A DNA stretch of 64,000 nucleotides from Lama guanicoe. Its lineage: Eukaryota. Positions 12,599 through 25,419 of this stretch are shown here, piece after piece; the stretch's first letter is position 1, and each line of letters begins with the position of its first letter. The translations under genes and the position numbers were made by a program. The stretch is from contig MU054323.1 in NCBI GenBank assembly GCA_013239625.1, positions 14,183,950 to 14,247,949 on the forward strand, given 5' to 3'. The notes below the pieces were generated by a model. It searched no databases. It was not told the DNA's origin and saw only the letters and a list, made by a program, of their open reading frames with translations.

Positions 12599-13664
12599 TG
12601 AGGATGTCCATGCTTTTGCTAATACCTTTATTCTAGAACTTGGCATTTAGCACAATGACTATTTGCTTACGTATTTTGCTCACTAAACCAGGCCAGTGTT
12701 TTTGAAGGGAGTGGATTTGGGAGTCAGGCTCATGGACAGGGGAAGGTGAGAAAAGCACTCCAATGTAGCAAAAGTAGATTGCATTAGCCCTCCGATCATT
12801 CAATATAAAAATGTAGCTACCTTTACGTAAATAAATTAATAGCAGTTATCTGCATATTCAGCTCTTAAAATGATATTGACTTACATTTCTCAATAGTTGA
12901 AATGCCCCAAAGCTTTCAATAATCAGTATTTATTTGTCTCATTAATAAAGGACTTAACTTTTGTATAACATCAGTAGCATATCACTGTGCACTTACGAGA
13001 AAGAAAAACCTTGTTGTACAAAAATCTGGACAAAATGAATGAGATAATATTACATGAAAATTGTTTATTTCTTAAAAACTTACAATGCTCAGTTGCAAAG
13101 AGAACAAGCCTAGTATTTCTTTAGTGCCTAGCAACATACTTAGATACTTCCTATTTGTGGAAGAAAACATTATTACAAAGATCAAAGATATATATTGAAA
13201 TGAGAAAGCTGTGGCCTTTGAATGTAGCTCATTTAGTTCTGATCATTAGATGCTAAAATATAATTAGTTCATCATTATAGATGAAACTATTCAGAAAATG
13301 TAATAGAGTATTTTCCTAACAATATATTTAGCATAGCATGCAATTACTCACTGTTTATACTATTCATCATGAGTCAGTTGATGTCAACATTAAAATTTCA
13401 TCTTGAACATTGCTTAACTTCTCTTTGTTTAACTTGCAACTCGAAAGTTAAATCCTTGATGTTTTATTCCTAATTATTACTTGTTTCTTTCAAATGTGAG
13501 AACCTAATGGGAAAAATAAACTCTTTCTCTCACTTATTATTAAAGACGCATTGAATTTTCATAGGTACCAGACATTACTCTTTCTATAAATTACTCAGAT
13601 TTAAGCAAAACGATGATATAGCTGTGAGTGAGCTACCATTTCTATGCCTGAAGCTCAGAAATAA

Positions 13665-13845
13665 TTCTACAAACCAAGGAACGCCTGTGGCCACCAGAAA
13701 CTGCAAGAGGCAAGGGAGTATTCTTGCCTGTAACCGTCATAGGGAACTCGGCCCTGACGGCATCTTGATACTTTGATTTTGGACTTCTAGGCTTCAGAAC
13801 TATGAGAGAATACATTTCTGTTGTTTTAAATCTTAGGAAAAACAC
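13665..13845 (+). mobile_element. MaLR LTR 3' part (MLT1B/C/D-like)
   Basis: 'ccaaggaacgcc...gccaccagaaact...gaggcaagg...tttggacttctaggcttcagaactatgagagaatacatttctgttgttttaa'. Confidence 0.85.
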
Positions 13846-16798
13846 ACAGATTTTTCCTGCCTCTTGAATTGTTTATTTGAAAAAAAAACTGATACTCATT
13901 TATACAACCTCTGCATCTACATTTTAGGTGTTTAAAGCTTAGAAACTAACCAGCCCAACATTGACAACATTTGGGAGTGCTAGATCGCAGAAAGCCACCA
14001 TGCGTTCGTTGGGCTCCCTCTAGCACCCAGAACTGGAGCTGGCTGGCACAGGTTGATCCATGGATGACACAGAGTTTAGGCTATATGTAAATCTCCCCAC
14101 CCCAGACACCTCCGAACTGCGATTCTACTACTTTGTCAGTCAGCCAGAGGAGAGTTTCCATACCTTAGTTAAGAATACGTAGCTTATTGTATTAGACGTG
14201 AGGACATTGAACCTTTAAGCTAAGATGTATCTGTAATGGAACAGTGAGCTCATTTTGGACCCAGATACTCTCCTTTACTTCCAAGTACTTCTGAAGTACT
14301 TTACTATTCTTACTTTCTATGGGTAGGAGGACACCTGGATCTGAGACTGAAACATAAACATTGATAACTCAATCAAGTGTAATCATTTGTATTAGAAAAT
14401 ATTTGTAAAAGCATATTTGCATTTGTCTGAAAATATTGCCTTAGAAATATGCTAATTGTATAGGACATTATTTAGATTAAACAAACATTTGTGGATCACC
14501 TTTTATGCACCCTACATTTTCACTTAATTTATCATGCTCATCATCATCATAACTTCAAGTAGATTACGTCATTGGTCCAAGGTAAGTGACTGTTGTTTTC
14601 TGGTGCCTAGACTGCTTTTCACTGGAATAGCAGCAAAAGGTAGTAAAAAAAATAAGGTAGACATGTCATTTTAAGAGAGAAGCAAGGCACTACTCATAAA
14701 TACACTGGACAACACCAAGACTCTTCTTGCACAACAAGACATAAAGTGTAAGTAAGAAGGTTCTGGGAGATTACCACCACATTTCTTTTAAGTTGAATTT
14801 CAAAGGTTACAGTTAAAGGTGCTAACTCCCCAGTATGTAATGTAGTTGTGATTTAAGAGAAGAGTACCTCTCTAAGAAGTGCATTGTAGCAGTCAAATTC
14901 AAAACTGGGCTACAGTGTCTCCCAAGATAGAGCCTAGTGCAAAGGTTTGTGAGAATACCTTGAGTGCTACCTGAGAAATCAGACTTAGTGGGGAGTCATC
15001 CATAATTTTTGTTTAGGTTCACTCAAGATGTGGTCCTCTTTTAGTAACTCTGCATTTTGTGAAGGTCTCTCCCTCACAGAGTTGTTGGGTTCATTGTCCT
15101 TTGTGCTTATTAAATCCTTAACTCACACCACTTTTAGAACACTTAATGTTATTGTGTTGTAACTTTTCATGGATGTGTCCCTCTCCCCCAGTAGAATGTG
15201 TATCTCATCACCTAGTGCAATTCTTGGTACCAAGTGACAGTTACTCATCATGGGCAGAATATAAGGGGAAAAATGACTGTGAACAGCAAATGGACACAAA
15301 AGAAAGGAGGCTTGTCTCTCTTAGGCCCAAAACACATACCCAACAGAGCCAAGAGCAGAGAAAAAATGGTCCCCATTAGTATTTTGAAAGTGTTTCTACA
15401 AAATTTGACATGATTGATCTTAATAATGATGGTATCAATAAACATGAAAAGAACAAATACATACATAGTGGTTAGTATATGGATTTTGGAGAGAGAATAC
15501 CCAAGGCTGGACTCTTGTCCCGATGATTGCTATAACTTATTTTAACAAAAAGGTTTATCCTTATGCAATGGAACAGACTTGGTTTACTTAATATTATACA
15601 TAATGGAACCAAGATTCCATATAATGTCAGTAAGCTAGAAGACTATGGCAAGACCAATCAAAATGTACACAGATAAATATAAATTTTGGTGTTCAGATCT
15701 GAAAAAATAAATTATGTTAAATTCTTGCTGACAACTGAAAGCTGACTCATAGTGAACCAGTCAGCCTTATAATACAGTGAACCTTCCAATACACGAGGTA
15801 TTTAAGCAGAACATGGATGGCCCTGTTTCTGGAATATCTGTATGACAATTAAATGTAATGATGTATAAAGTTATTTCCAATTACTAAATCTCTACTACTG
15901 GTATAATTGTGGTTTGAAAGATCCAAGGCTTATATCCAAGCTTTAGTAATGTGGCATTTAATGAAAATTTGAACTAACATATTCACCAGTACATATTTTT
16001 GAATGTTTTGGGGGAACGTTTCAGCAAAGCCCTTTTACCTACTTATGCACATGTTCACATAACTTTGATTATGGTCAGATGTCCAAAAAAGAGGAAGACC
16101 TAGAGAGAATATTTATCATAGAGCTTAATCTCTGCATCAGGCTGGCAGAGGAAGGAAACATTTGTTTTAATTCTCTGATGTGTCTGAGATTAGTTGCTGT
16201 CCCTCCTTAGCCTTTATGGTAGAATTGGCTTGTCTAAGTGAACCTAAGAGTTTAACCATTGGAAGTATGGCTGGTTTAATGTATACCTGCCTTGCTTGAG
16301 TGAATTTATCTCTGAAGGTGGGAGCCTCTGCACTTGACTTAGAGGAACCACTTTGTTCTGAGCAGTGACTGCACTAGTAATAGTGTCAGGTGTGTCAGTG
16401 ACTAGAGGGAGTGACTCAACCAAAGATGCTGAGAATGCTCTGGACCTGAGGATGCTAGGATTCCAGCCCACTGAATATCAATTTTGCATTCAGCAATGAC
16501 CATGTTATAAAAGTAAGTCATCAGAGAAATAGAGGGCATTCAGCCATGATGTTCAAAGCAAGGGTTGTTTTGCCTCAGGGCAACACCACTGTGGGGCTAA
16601 AGCTTCTTTATTCCTTGGCCGCCAGAATCCTGGGCATCTGCCATGAAGCGCTGAGTGGGCATTTTCCTTTTTTCCTTTATTTGAAACCATTTAAACATGT
16701 TTGTAAAGAAAACATTTGGTGAACACAAAAGGGTGAAACAAAGAAATCTTTTCTTGGCTTTTTAAGAAGCAAGTATATGTTGATACAATATTTCTCTC

Positions 16799-16823
16799 TG
16801 TGTGTGTGTGTGTGTGTGTGTGT
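16799..16823. repeat. (TG)n microsatellite
   Basis: About 12 TG units. Confidence 0.95.
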
Positions 16824-16927
16824 TTTACAAGTTCTTTATTGTTATCATCAATATTTTATTATTATTTTTATTGGTATATAGTACTATAAGTTTAAGGACT
16901 GAGTAGACTCAGATAGTTGGTTACCAC

Positions 16928-17413
16928 TGTCAGAGAGGGTTCTTGTGGGTGGACTAATAACAGAATTGACACAAGACATATTAACAGGAGAAAAGAAACA
17001 AATTATAATTTGTGCACATGGAGGTCTCACAGAAATGAAACCTAAGAAGTAGCCAAAGCAGGCAGCTTTTATACTTTTAGGCAAAGAAACAAATTTATGA
17101 GGAATTGACCGGACAAAGAAACTTAGATTTTGGTCTCTTAATGAAGAATCTAGACAGAGGATTGGGGTACTGAAGAAGTGATGATGTTTGTTTGTACACA
17201 TTTCTTGGCCCCAGATTCCCTCTCTCTGGTGATAAGGGTGTCCTTCTACCTCCAGATGCAATTTTCATGTGGAAGATTCATTTACTAATTTCAAGGGACA
17301 GAGGAGGGTCAGAGTTTCCTTCTTCTGTCAGCTGCTTCTCAAGTAACGTCAATTCAAAATAATCTATGTGTCACTGTGACATATTTTGTGGTGGCTTGCA
17401 CTGAGCCCCAGCA
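16928..17413 (-). mobile_element. ERV1 solo LTR (MER34/MER39-like) with 4-bp TSD CCAC
   Basis: Minus strand begins TGCTGGGGCTCAG...CCACAAAATATG and ends CTGACA; CCAC at 16924-16927 and 17414-17417; TATA-like AAAAGTATAAAAGCTGCC. Confidence 0.85.
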
Positions 17414-18220
17414 CCACAGTCAGGATCCTGAACGATTCCATCTTGCCAGAAATTCATTCAAGCTTCCCCTCTATGGTCAGATGTTCCCCATTACTAACTT
17501 GTGGTTTTCACAGATCTTTTCTCCATTCCTATAGTTTTGCCTTATTTATATGTTGAGATATATATCTTTATAAGAAATGCACCATTTTGCATTTCTGTCA
17601 GAAATATATGGGCGTTCTAAGTGTCTTGCATTGGTGTCAGCATTTGAAATTGCCAAGTTGTTTTTTCTCCTGTTCTAAATAGGTATGTAGGGGAATCTCA
17701 TTGTAGTTTTAATTTGTCTGTTTTTGATGGCTAATGATACTGAACATCTTTTAATATACTTATTTGCCATCTGTGTGTCTTTTTTTTTTTTTTGGTAAAA
17801 TTTTCAAATTTTTTTTTTTTTTTTTTTGGTAAAATGTTCAAATCTTTTGTTTCTTTAAATTGGTTTTTCTTGTTGTTGTTTACTGTTGAGTTATGAGAAA
17901 CTTTTATAAATGCTATGTGGAAGTCCTTTGTGAATATGTGATTTGTAAGCATTTTTTTCCCACTCTGTAATTTGTCTTTTAATTCTTAGAAACATTCACA
18001 GAGCAAACATTTGTTTCTCTTCATTTTGAAGTTTAATTAATCAACTTTTGCTTTTACAGATGTTTTTTGTTGTTGTTATATGTAAGAACTTTTTGCCAAA
18101 GCTTAGGTCACACAGGTTTTCTCCTATGATTTTTTCCCAAAGTTTTACCTTTTACTTGTAGAGATATGATCTATTTTGAGTTTACTTTTCTATGAAGTGT
18201 GAAACGTAGGTTGACATTTA

Positions 18221-18490
18221 CTTCTTTTCTTTCGGTCTGCCTGTCTTTCTGTCTGCCAGCATGCCTTTCTTTCTTTCTCTTTCCTTTCTTTCTCTTTCTC
18301 TCTCTTTCCTGCTTTCTCTCTTTCTGTTTTTCTTTCTCTCTCTTTTTTTCTTCCTTTCTCTTTTGCTTTCTTTCTCTTTCGCTTTCTTTCTTTCTGTTTC
18401 TCTCTCTTTCTTTCTCTTTCTCTCTCTCTTCCTTCCTTTCTTTCTCTCTCTCTCCCTTCCTTCCTTCTTTCCTTCCTTCCTTCCTTTCTT
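18221..18490. repeat. Compound polypyrimidine microsatellite (CT/CTTT/CCTT)
   Basis: About 270 bp, nearly all C/T on the + strand. Confidence 0.95.
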
Positions 18491-19016
18491 GTATATCAAC
18501 ATCATTTGCTGAAAAAACTACACTTCCTGTATTGAATTACCTTGGAATGTTTATCAAAGATCAATCATATTTGTGTGGATCAGTTTTTGAACTCTCTATT
18601 CTGTTTCATTGATCTATGTTCTTCTCTCTTCCCCAGTGCCACTATCTTGATTGCTGAAGCTTTATGATAAATGTTAAAACCAGGTAGTATGGCTCTTCCA
18701 GTTTTATTCTTTTCAATATTACTTGTATTTTACCTCCATTGCTTGTTCATATAAACTTTAGAACTAAATTGACAAAATGCTCCAGGGATTTTTTTTTTCA
18801 GAATTACATTAAATGTATAGATCAATGTGGGGAGAATTAACATGCTAACTATATTGTGTCTTCCAATTCATAGATCATGGAAATCTGTCTTTTGCCTTAT
18901 TTAGATTTCCGATTTTTTATTAGTTTCTTGTAGTTTTTATCAAATGGATCCTGCACATGTTTTGTTAGAATTATACCTGTTCCATTCCTAATTAACTGCA
19001 AATATGTGTGTAAATA

Positions 19017-19034
19017 ATATATATATATATATAT

Positions 19035-19082
<48 letters not shown>
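19017..19082. repeat. (TA)n(CA)n compound microsatellite
   Basis: About 20 AC units preceded by a TA run. Confidence 0.95.
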
Positions 19083-19083
<1 letters not shown>

Positions 19084-21059
19084 TATTCTGCAAACATGGT
19101 AAACTCAGTTATTAGTTCTAGGGTAATTTTTCAAAACTCTTTGGAATTTTTTACCAAGGCAGTCAGACATCTGTGAATAAGGGCAGTTGTCATTTCATGC
19201 TTTATAATCTGTTATCTTTTATTTCTTTTTCTTTCATTATTTCATTGGCTAGTACTTCTAGCACAATATTGACCCAGAGGGATATAATTAGATATCCTTC
19301 TTTTGTTCCAATTTTAAAAGAAATATATTCAGTCTTTTATTATTAAGTATGTGGGTTAAAAGTATGTTTTCTTTTAAAACACTTAATCAAATAAAGGAAA
19401 TTTCCCACTAATCCTAGTTCCTAAACATTTCTACAGTGAAATGACATTCTTGACTTCCTCCTGCACTGATAATTTTAGCCAGAACTATATACTCAAGAAA
19501 GAGGGCATATTGAGAGTGGAGGGAAATAGCTGAGTTTATTGAAAAACTGTGTAGTATGAAGTCAAGATTGTGGTCTTTAATGTGTTAGTTTTGAGTGACA
19601 CTGCTTTGAACTCCAAACTAGGGGAACCATATATAGCAACCTCTCTATGGAATTTGTTGGATAATGTCTGTAGATTGGAAATTCACTGGGAAAAATACTC
19701 TGTTTAAGGACTTCAGATCAACACTTGCTTTATCAGGGTTATATACTTCTCTTATGTAGGGAACAGACTACCAGGCAAATGAGGAAACAGAAACCTTGTA
19801 TAACTAGTTCATTTATAATATATGTCCTACATTCTTGCAAAAAATATTTTAATTTGCTATAGAAAATTTAAAATTACTGTATTTAAGCTTACTGTAGCCT
19901 GAAATGTTGGTTAAATAACTCTACTATTTTTCCATTAATGCCTCCTTGACTACTAATTTTTAAAAGTTATATTTCTCTAAGTGTTTGAAGTTGATTGTGC
20001 TTAGTTGTCTCATTGCACTTACCTTACACTTCTTTGGAAGGGTTGTGCATGTTGTTTTTTTGTTCTTTAGCGTGTGATACAAGGTTTACAGTAGTAGTTG
20101 TATCACACAGTACATGGGAAGCCAGATTGCACTGGCCACTACTTTGTTCCTGAGTCTAATTTAAGGTGTTGACATTACTTTAAAAACCTCAGAGTGTTTG
20201 CATTTCTCACTATATTATAAATTATCGTTCCCAACTGTAATTTCAAAATAAAGGAGATTAACCAATATACTCCTACTGATACTGCCTGAAATCTACCTTT
20301 GGGGAGTCAGGACTTAGACATTTATTGGTGTGATATCATCTAGGGAAGATCTTACCTGCCTCTGCATGGAAAACTAATAATTTGGTATCTCAGTAGCTGC
20401 TGTGAGGACTACATTTTTCAGATTTTTGGGTGGCATCTTAAAATTTTATAGCTGATTTTGTAAAACATGCAATACAAATTGCAATGTCATGAAGAATCTC
20501 TTTTTAATGCCTTTATTAGCTATTTCTCCCTGAAGCAATTCTTAAAAGAATACATTTTAAAAATTAAACAAATCTGAAGAGGGTTTAAGAAAATGTATGG
20601 CTTGGCATAATTACAGATTTAGAGCAAAGACTATTTATATAATCATTTCCTTACAGGTGAAATTTATTCAGTGGATTTGCAGTGATATTTTGTATTCTTG
20701 GACTGCACAGCTCCAGCCAAATCTTTGTATTCAGTTCATTTCTCTTCCTTACATCTGTAATGGTATATTGCTATACAGAAATTTTACTCGTACAAACTTA
20801 GAATAGTCATTTAATATATGTAATAAAAATTTTAACTCCAACTCTTTCTTCTGGGAGAGTTATAATAAAATATCAATTAGTACTGCTTCAACTTCTTTGT
20901 GCCTCTGTCTCTTCACACATTAAAAAAAAATAAAAGAAACAACTAGTTTTCTTATTTCTTAATTTTATTGTATGGGAGAGTCACACAGATACACATACAC
21001 AAGTATATAGGTGTCTAAATTCCACAGTTTTGTGTGTGACTAACAGTTTGACACTGAAA

Positions 21060-21200
21060 AAAAGACGACTTTGGACTCTAATATAACCATGTTTAAAAAC
21101 TAGTTTTGCCAACAGTTGAGTAATCTAGACAAATAATTTAACTTTTTTGGACTTTGGCTTTCTTGTATAAAATAAGAAGGATAACATTTACCTTTAGAAA
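21060..21200 (+). mobile_element. Degenerate MIR
   Basis: 'gactttggactc...tagacaaataatttaact...tttcttgtataaaataag'. Confidence 0.45.
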
Positions 21201-21268
21201 TACTATATTCAACTACATGAATTCATTAAACTAGATTCAGCCTGCTAAGATTTAGCCTTTCAGACCCA

Positions 21269-21741
21269 TGTTATTAATTTGCAGCACTTACTGCAAGCTA
21301 AGGATACAGTCCATCTGGATTGAGTCATTAGCCACTGCAGTTGCTGACCTACAGTACACCCTGAAAGGAATTCAGGGTGAAGATCAGGAATGAGACACTC
21401 TGTGCTCTGGGAAAACAGGCATAACAAGCCCTTAGATAGATATATAGTTATATTTCAGGGAACATTTTAATGAACTTTAGATTCTTGCATCTTCCCATAC
21501 ATAAAAGAGCACTGAAGTTATTAACTGAGATACCTGATCTTGTGACTAGCGGTAACTTTTTACCGAGATGTGTGCTTGGCTGCATGTATCCTCTAACCAA
21601 AATCCCATATGTCCTGACCTCTTCCCATTCCCTGCTTTGAGCAGTTTCTCAGAGCTATCTGAGAGGCTGTCTCCCAGGTTGTAGTCTTAAGTCTCCAAAT
21701 GAAAGCGAAACTCACAGCTCTCATATTGTGCATTTTTGTCA
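21269..21741 (+). mobile_element. ERV1-type solo LTR (probably laurasiatherian/cetartiodactyl family)
   Basis: TG...CA termini, ~470 bp; 'caccctgaaaggaattcagggtg', 'gagcagtttctcagagctatctgagaggctgtctcccagg'; flanks ccca/ccaa are a near 4-bp TSD. Confidence 0.75.
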
Positions 21742-21789
21742 CCAAATGCTTCCATACATTCTTGTTCTTTTCCTTGAAGAATTAATAAT

Positions 21790-21955
21790 GTGAGATTTTA
21801 TATTTTTACCATTATTCAGAAAATGTCTGTATCTTCCATTAAACTGTAAACCCTGTGAAGGAAGGAACTATGTCTTCTTTGCTTACCATTTACCTTTTAG
21901 AAATACCAGCATTAGCAGAGTGCCTGGCACATAATAGGGGATCAGTAAATTGTGT
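21790..21955 (+). mobile_element. L2 3' end
   Basis: 'aaactgtaaaccctgtgaagg...agcagagtgcctggcacataatagg...cagtaaat'. Confidence 0.75.
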
Positions 21956-22104
21956 AATTATTTCTTTAATGTCATCTGTCTTCCACCCAGGGTGGATTAC
22001 AGAGAGGAAAGTGCTCTACTTTGCTACCTTAAATTTTTTTAAAGTTTTTACAAAGATTTTATGCTTTTATTTGAACATTCTTAATAGTTACATAACAGAG
22101 GGAT

Positions 22105-22212
22105 TTCTATTTCAATTTATAATATGAGGAAATTGTGGCTGAGAGATTACAACTCAAGGTCACATAGTAGTACTAACTGGTGAAAGTGAGATTTAAATTT
22201 AAACCCTAAATT
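22105..22212 (-). mobile_element. MIR fragment
   Basis: 'atgaggaaattgtggctgagaga...ctcaaggtcacatag'. Confidence 0.7.
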
Positions 22213-24580
22213 TCTTTAACCCTAATTGAGAAGTAATTTACATACTCTAAAGTTCACCCATTTAAAGTGTATAATCAAAAATGGTTAATATAGTTACAGA
22301 ATTGCACAACCATCGGTATATTCTGATTTTAGAACATTTTTATCATTCTGATAAAAGAAACCTTGCACCTTTTAGTAATTACTCTCCGTCTCTTCCTCTG
22401 TCCCCCTACTCCCCAGTCATAGGCCAACACTAATTTACATTCTGTCTCTATGGAATTGCCTGTTCTAGACGTTTCATATAGGTAGTATCATATAATATGT
22501 GCTCTTTGGGACTAGTTTCTTTTACTAGTTTCATTACTAGCAGAGTAATTTTGAGGTTTATCCCTGTTGTGCCATTAACAGCACTTAATTCTTTTTTTTT
22601 TTTAAACAGCAGCACTTAATTCTTATTTATGGTTCAATTATATTCCCTTGTGTAGATTTGCTATATACTGTTTATCCTTTCATCCATAGATCAGCATTTG
22701 GATTGTTTCCACTTTTTAGCTATTGTGAATAATATTGCTGTGAACACTTCATGTACACGTTTTTGTATGTACATGTTTTCATTCCTCTTGGATATCTACC
22801 TAGGAGTGGAATTGCTGGGTCATATGGTAATTATATATGCAACATTTTGAGGAAAAGCCAAACTCTTTCCAAAGTGGTTGCAACACCTTTTCATTTCCAC
22901 TAGCAATGCTTGAGGATTCCAGTTTCACTTCTTATTTACTAATACTTGTCATTGCTTACCTTGTTTACCGTAGACATTCTTACAAATGTAAAATGGTATC
23001 ACATTGAGGTCTTCAGTCACACTCCCTAATGACTAATACTGTTGAAAATTTTTAATGTGCTTATTAGACATTCATATGTCTTCTTCAGAGAAATATCCAT
23101 TCAAAATTTTTGGTCATTTAAAAATCGGGTTATTTATCCTTTTATTGTTGAGTTGTAAGAGTTCTTTGTAAATCCTAGATACAAGTCATTTATCAGATAT
23201 ATGATCTGAAAATATTTTCTCCCAGTCTGTGGACTGTCTTTTCACTTTGCTGATGGTGTCTTTTGAAGCACAAGTATTTTTAATTTTGATGAAGTATAAT
23301 ATATCAATCTTCTCCTTGATTGCTTATGCTAAGAAATCATTGCCTAACTCATTTACTACTGTGTCTTTTTGTAAGAACTTTATAGTTTTAGGTCTTACAT
23401 TTAACTCTGATACATTTTGAGTTAATTTTTGTGCATGTTTCCAAGAAGGGGTCCAATTTTTTTTTTTTTTTTGGCATGTGGTTACTCAGTTGTCTCAGAA
23501 CCATTTGTTGAAAAATCTGTTATTTCCCATTGAATTATTTTGGCCTCTTTGTTGAAAATCAATTGATCATAAGTTTAGAACTAGTTTATGGACTTTCAAT
23601 TCTATTCTGTGGATCCTAGCCTATCCTTATGTCAGTAATATGCTGTGTTGATTATTGTGCCTTACAGTAAGTTTTGAAATCAGGAAATACTGAATGTACT
23701 CACTATTTTTCTCTATTGAGATTGTTTTATTTTGGTTGTTCTGAGTCTTGTATTTCCTTGTGAATTTTAGGATTAGTTTTTCAATTTCTGCAAAAACAAA
23801 AGTAAAAAAAAGCAAGCTGAGATTTTGATAGAAACTATGTTGAACATATATATTGATTGATATGGGGAGTATTAGCAACTTAAGTCAATTTAATAATGAC
23901 TATAATACAATCATAAGGTATCTTTCTATTTCTTTGTATCTTTTAAAATTTCTTTCAGTGGTGCTTTATAATTTTAAATGTATAACTCTTGTGCTTTTTT
24001 AAAAAATCTATTCCTAAGTTTTTTTATTCTTTTCGATGCTATTGTAAATGGAATTGTTTTCATTGCCAGTGTGTATAGAAATATAACTGATTTCTGTATA
24101 TTGATCTTATCGCTTGCAACCATGCTGAATTGTTTATTAGTTCTAATACTTTTTTGGAAGATTTCTTGAAATTTTCTATATATAAGATCATGTCATTTAC
24201 AAATATAATTTTACTTCTTCCTTTTTAATTTAGATACATCTTATTTCATTTTTGCCTAATTGCCCTAACTGGAACCTCAAGTACAATATTGAATAGAAAT
24301 GGCAAGAGTAGACCTCATTTTCTTATTTCTGATCTTAGAGGGAAAGTATTCAGTCTTTCACCACTGAGTATGATGTTGGCTGTAGGTTTTTGTAAGTGCC
24401 TTTTATCAGATTGAGGGAGTTTTCTTTATTCTTTTTTCTTTATTCTTATTTTGTTGAATGCTTTTGTCAGAAAGGTTTTAGATTTTTCAAATGCTTTCTC
24501 TGCATCTATTCAAATGATAATGTTATTTTGTCCTTTATTACTACAGTGTATTATATTCATTGATTTTTGTGTGTAAATAC
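22213..24580 (-). mobile_element. L1MB-type LINE, ~2.4 kb 5'-truncated
   Basis: 3' end 'ttgagaagtaatttacatac...aagttcacccatttaaagtgt'; 'tacctaggagtggaattgctgggtcatatgg'; antisense ORF2 to ~24580. Confidence 0.9.
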
Positions 24581-25419
24581 GATTTTTACTGTTCTCCTGT
24601 TCTTACTGGAATATTCCTAACTCTAGTTCCTGCTACTTCATTCACTCCATCAGTTGAAATTCTGTCCACCTTTCCAGCACATCCCTAATTCAGTCTCTTC
24701 CAAGAATCTCTACCCCATAACAATTTGTATTATCCATGTGGTTCTTTCACTGTTTCTGTTTCATCTTATTCATGTGCGTGTCACTTTTATATCACTGTAT
24801 AATAGTATGTACTATATAATAGTTTTAACGGCAGGAAGCACACCCTATGCTTGTATTAACCATAGCCTCCAGTGGAATAATGCACACAGAATATACATAG
24901 AAGAGCTATTCAATAAATGTTAAGTTGCAAGGAGCTTTCAGTTTTGTTGAGGCCAATCTTCTATCAACTATGACACTGTAAGAGTTGATGTAATCATCTT
25001 ATACTCAAATATGCTAAATTTTAATAACCAGATTTCCACTTTCATTGTCTTGTTATTTACTCAGGCTTTTCCTCTTCTTGATGTAAAGTTATGGCAGGTA
25101 TTTCAATATGTGAATGAATATTTGTAGAACACTTGAACAGAAAATCCATTTAAAAAAATGTATCCAAGTGGAAAAAGGCATTTTCAGTTTTAACTCAAAA
25201 AGTTGTAAGTGTTGAACAATGTTAATATGACAAATATCAGCTTTCAAATGTTAAAGACAGTTTTATAACACTATATCTAGCAGCTAAAAAATCTCCCCAA
25301 ACCAAAACTTATCTGTCAAGCTCATGTACTCATTGCATATGCTGAAAATCGAATCCCCTTCTAACTTATTTTTTAAGAGAGCTCCGAGCATTCTAGAAAT
25401 TGCTTAGTAAAAGTTTTCT

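Larger units (their letters stand above)
16850..19440 (-). mobile_element. Old L1 (L1MB/L1MC-like) 3' portion, interrupted by an LTR and simple repeats
   Basis: Antisense L1 ORF2/3'UTR motifs ('gctaatgatactgaacatcttt', 'ctctattctgtttcattgatctat', 'ggggagaattaacat'); no intact ORF. Confidence 0.85.

Noticed and set aside
14565..14587. TTACGTCA CRE-like site near AAG|GTAAGT
   Set aside because: An isolated motif and donor with no other promoter or exon evidence
16884..17261. 125-aa ORF with similarity to the 25686-25994 ORF
   Set aside because: The similarity comes from two copies of the same LTR family, not from a gene pair
18199..18612. Three overlapping 83-137 aa ORFs (F/L/S-rich or K/R/E-rich)
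   Set aside because: Translation of a CT microsatellite that lacks stop codons
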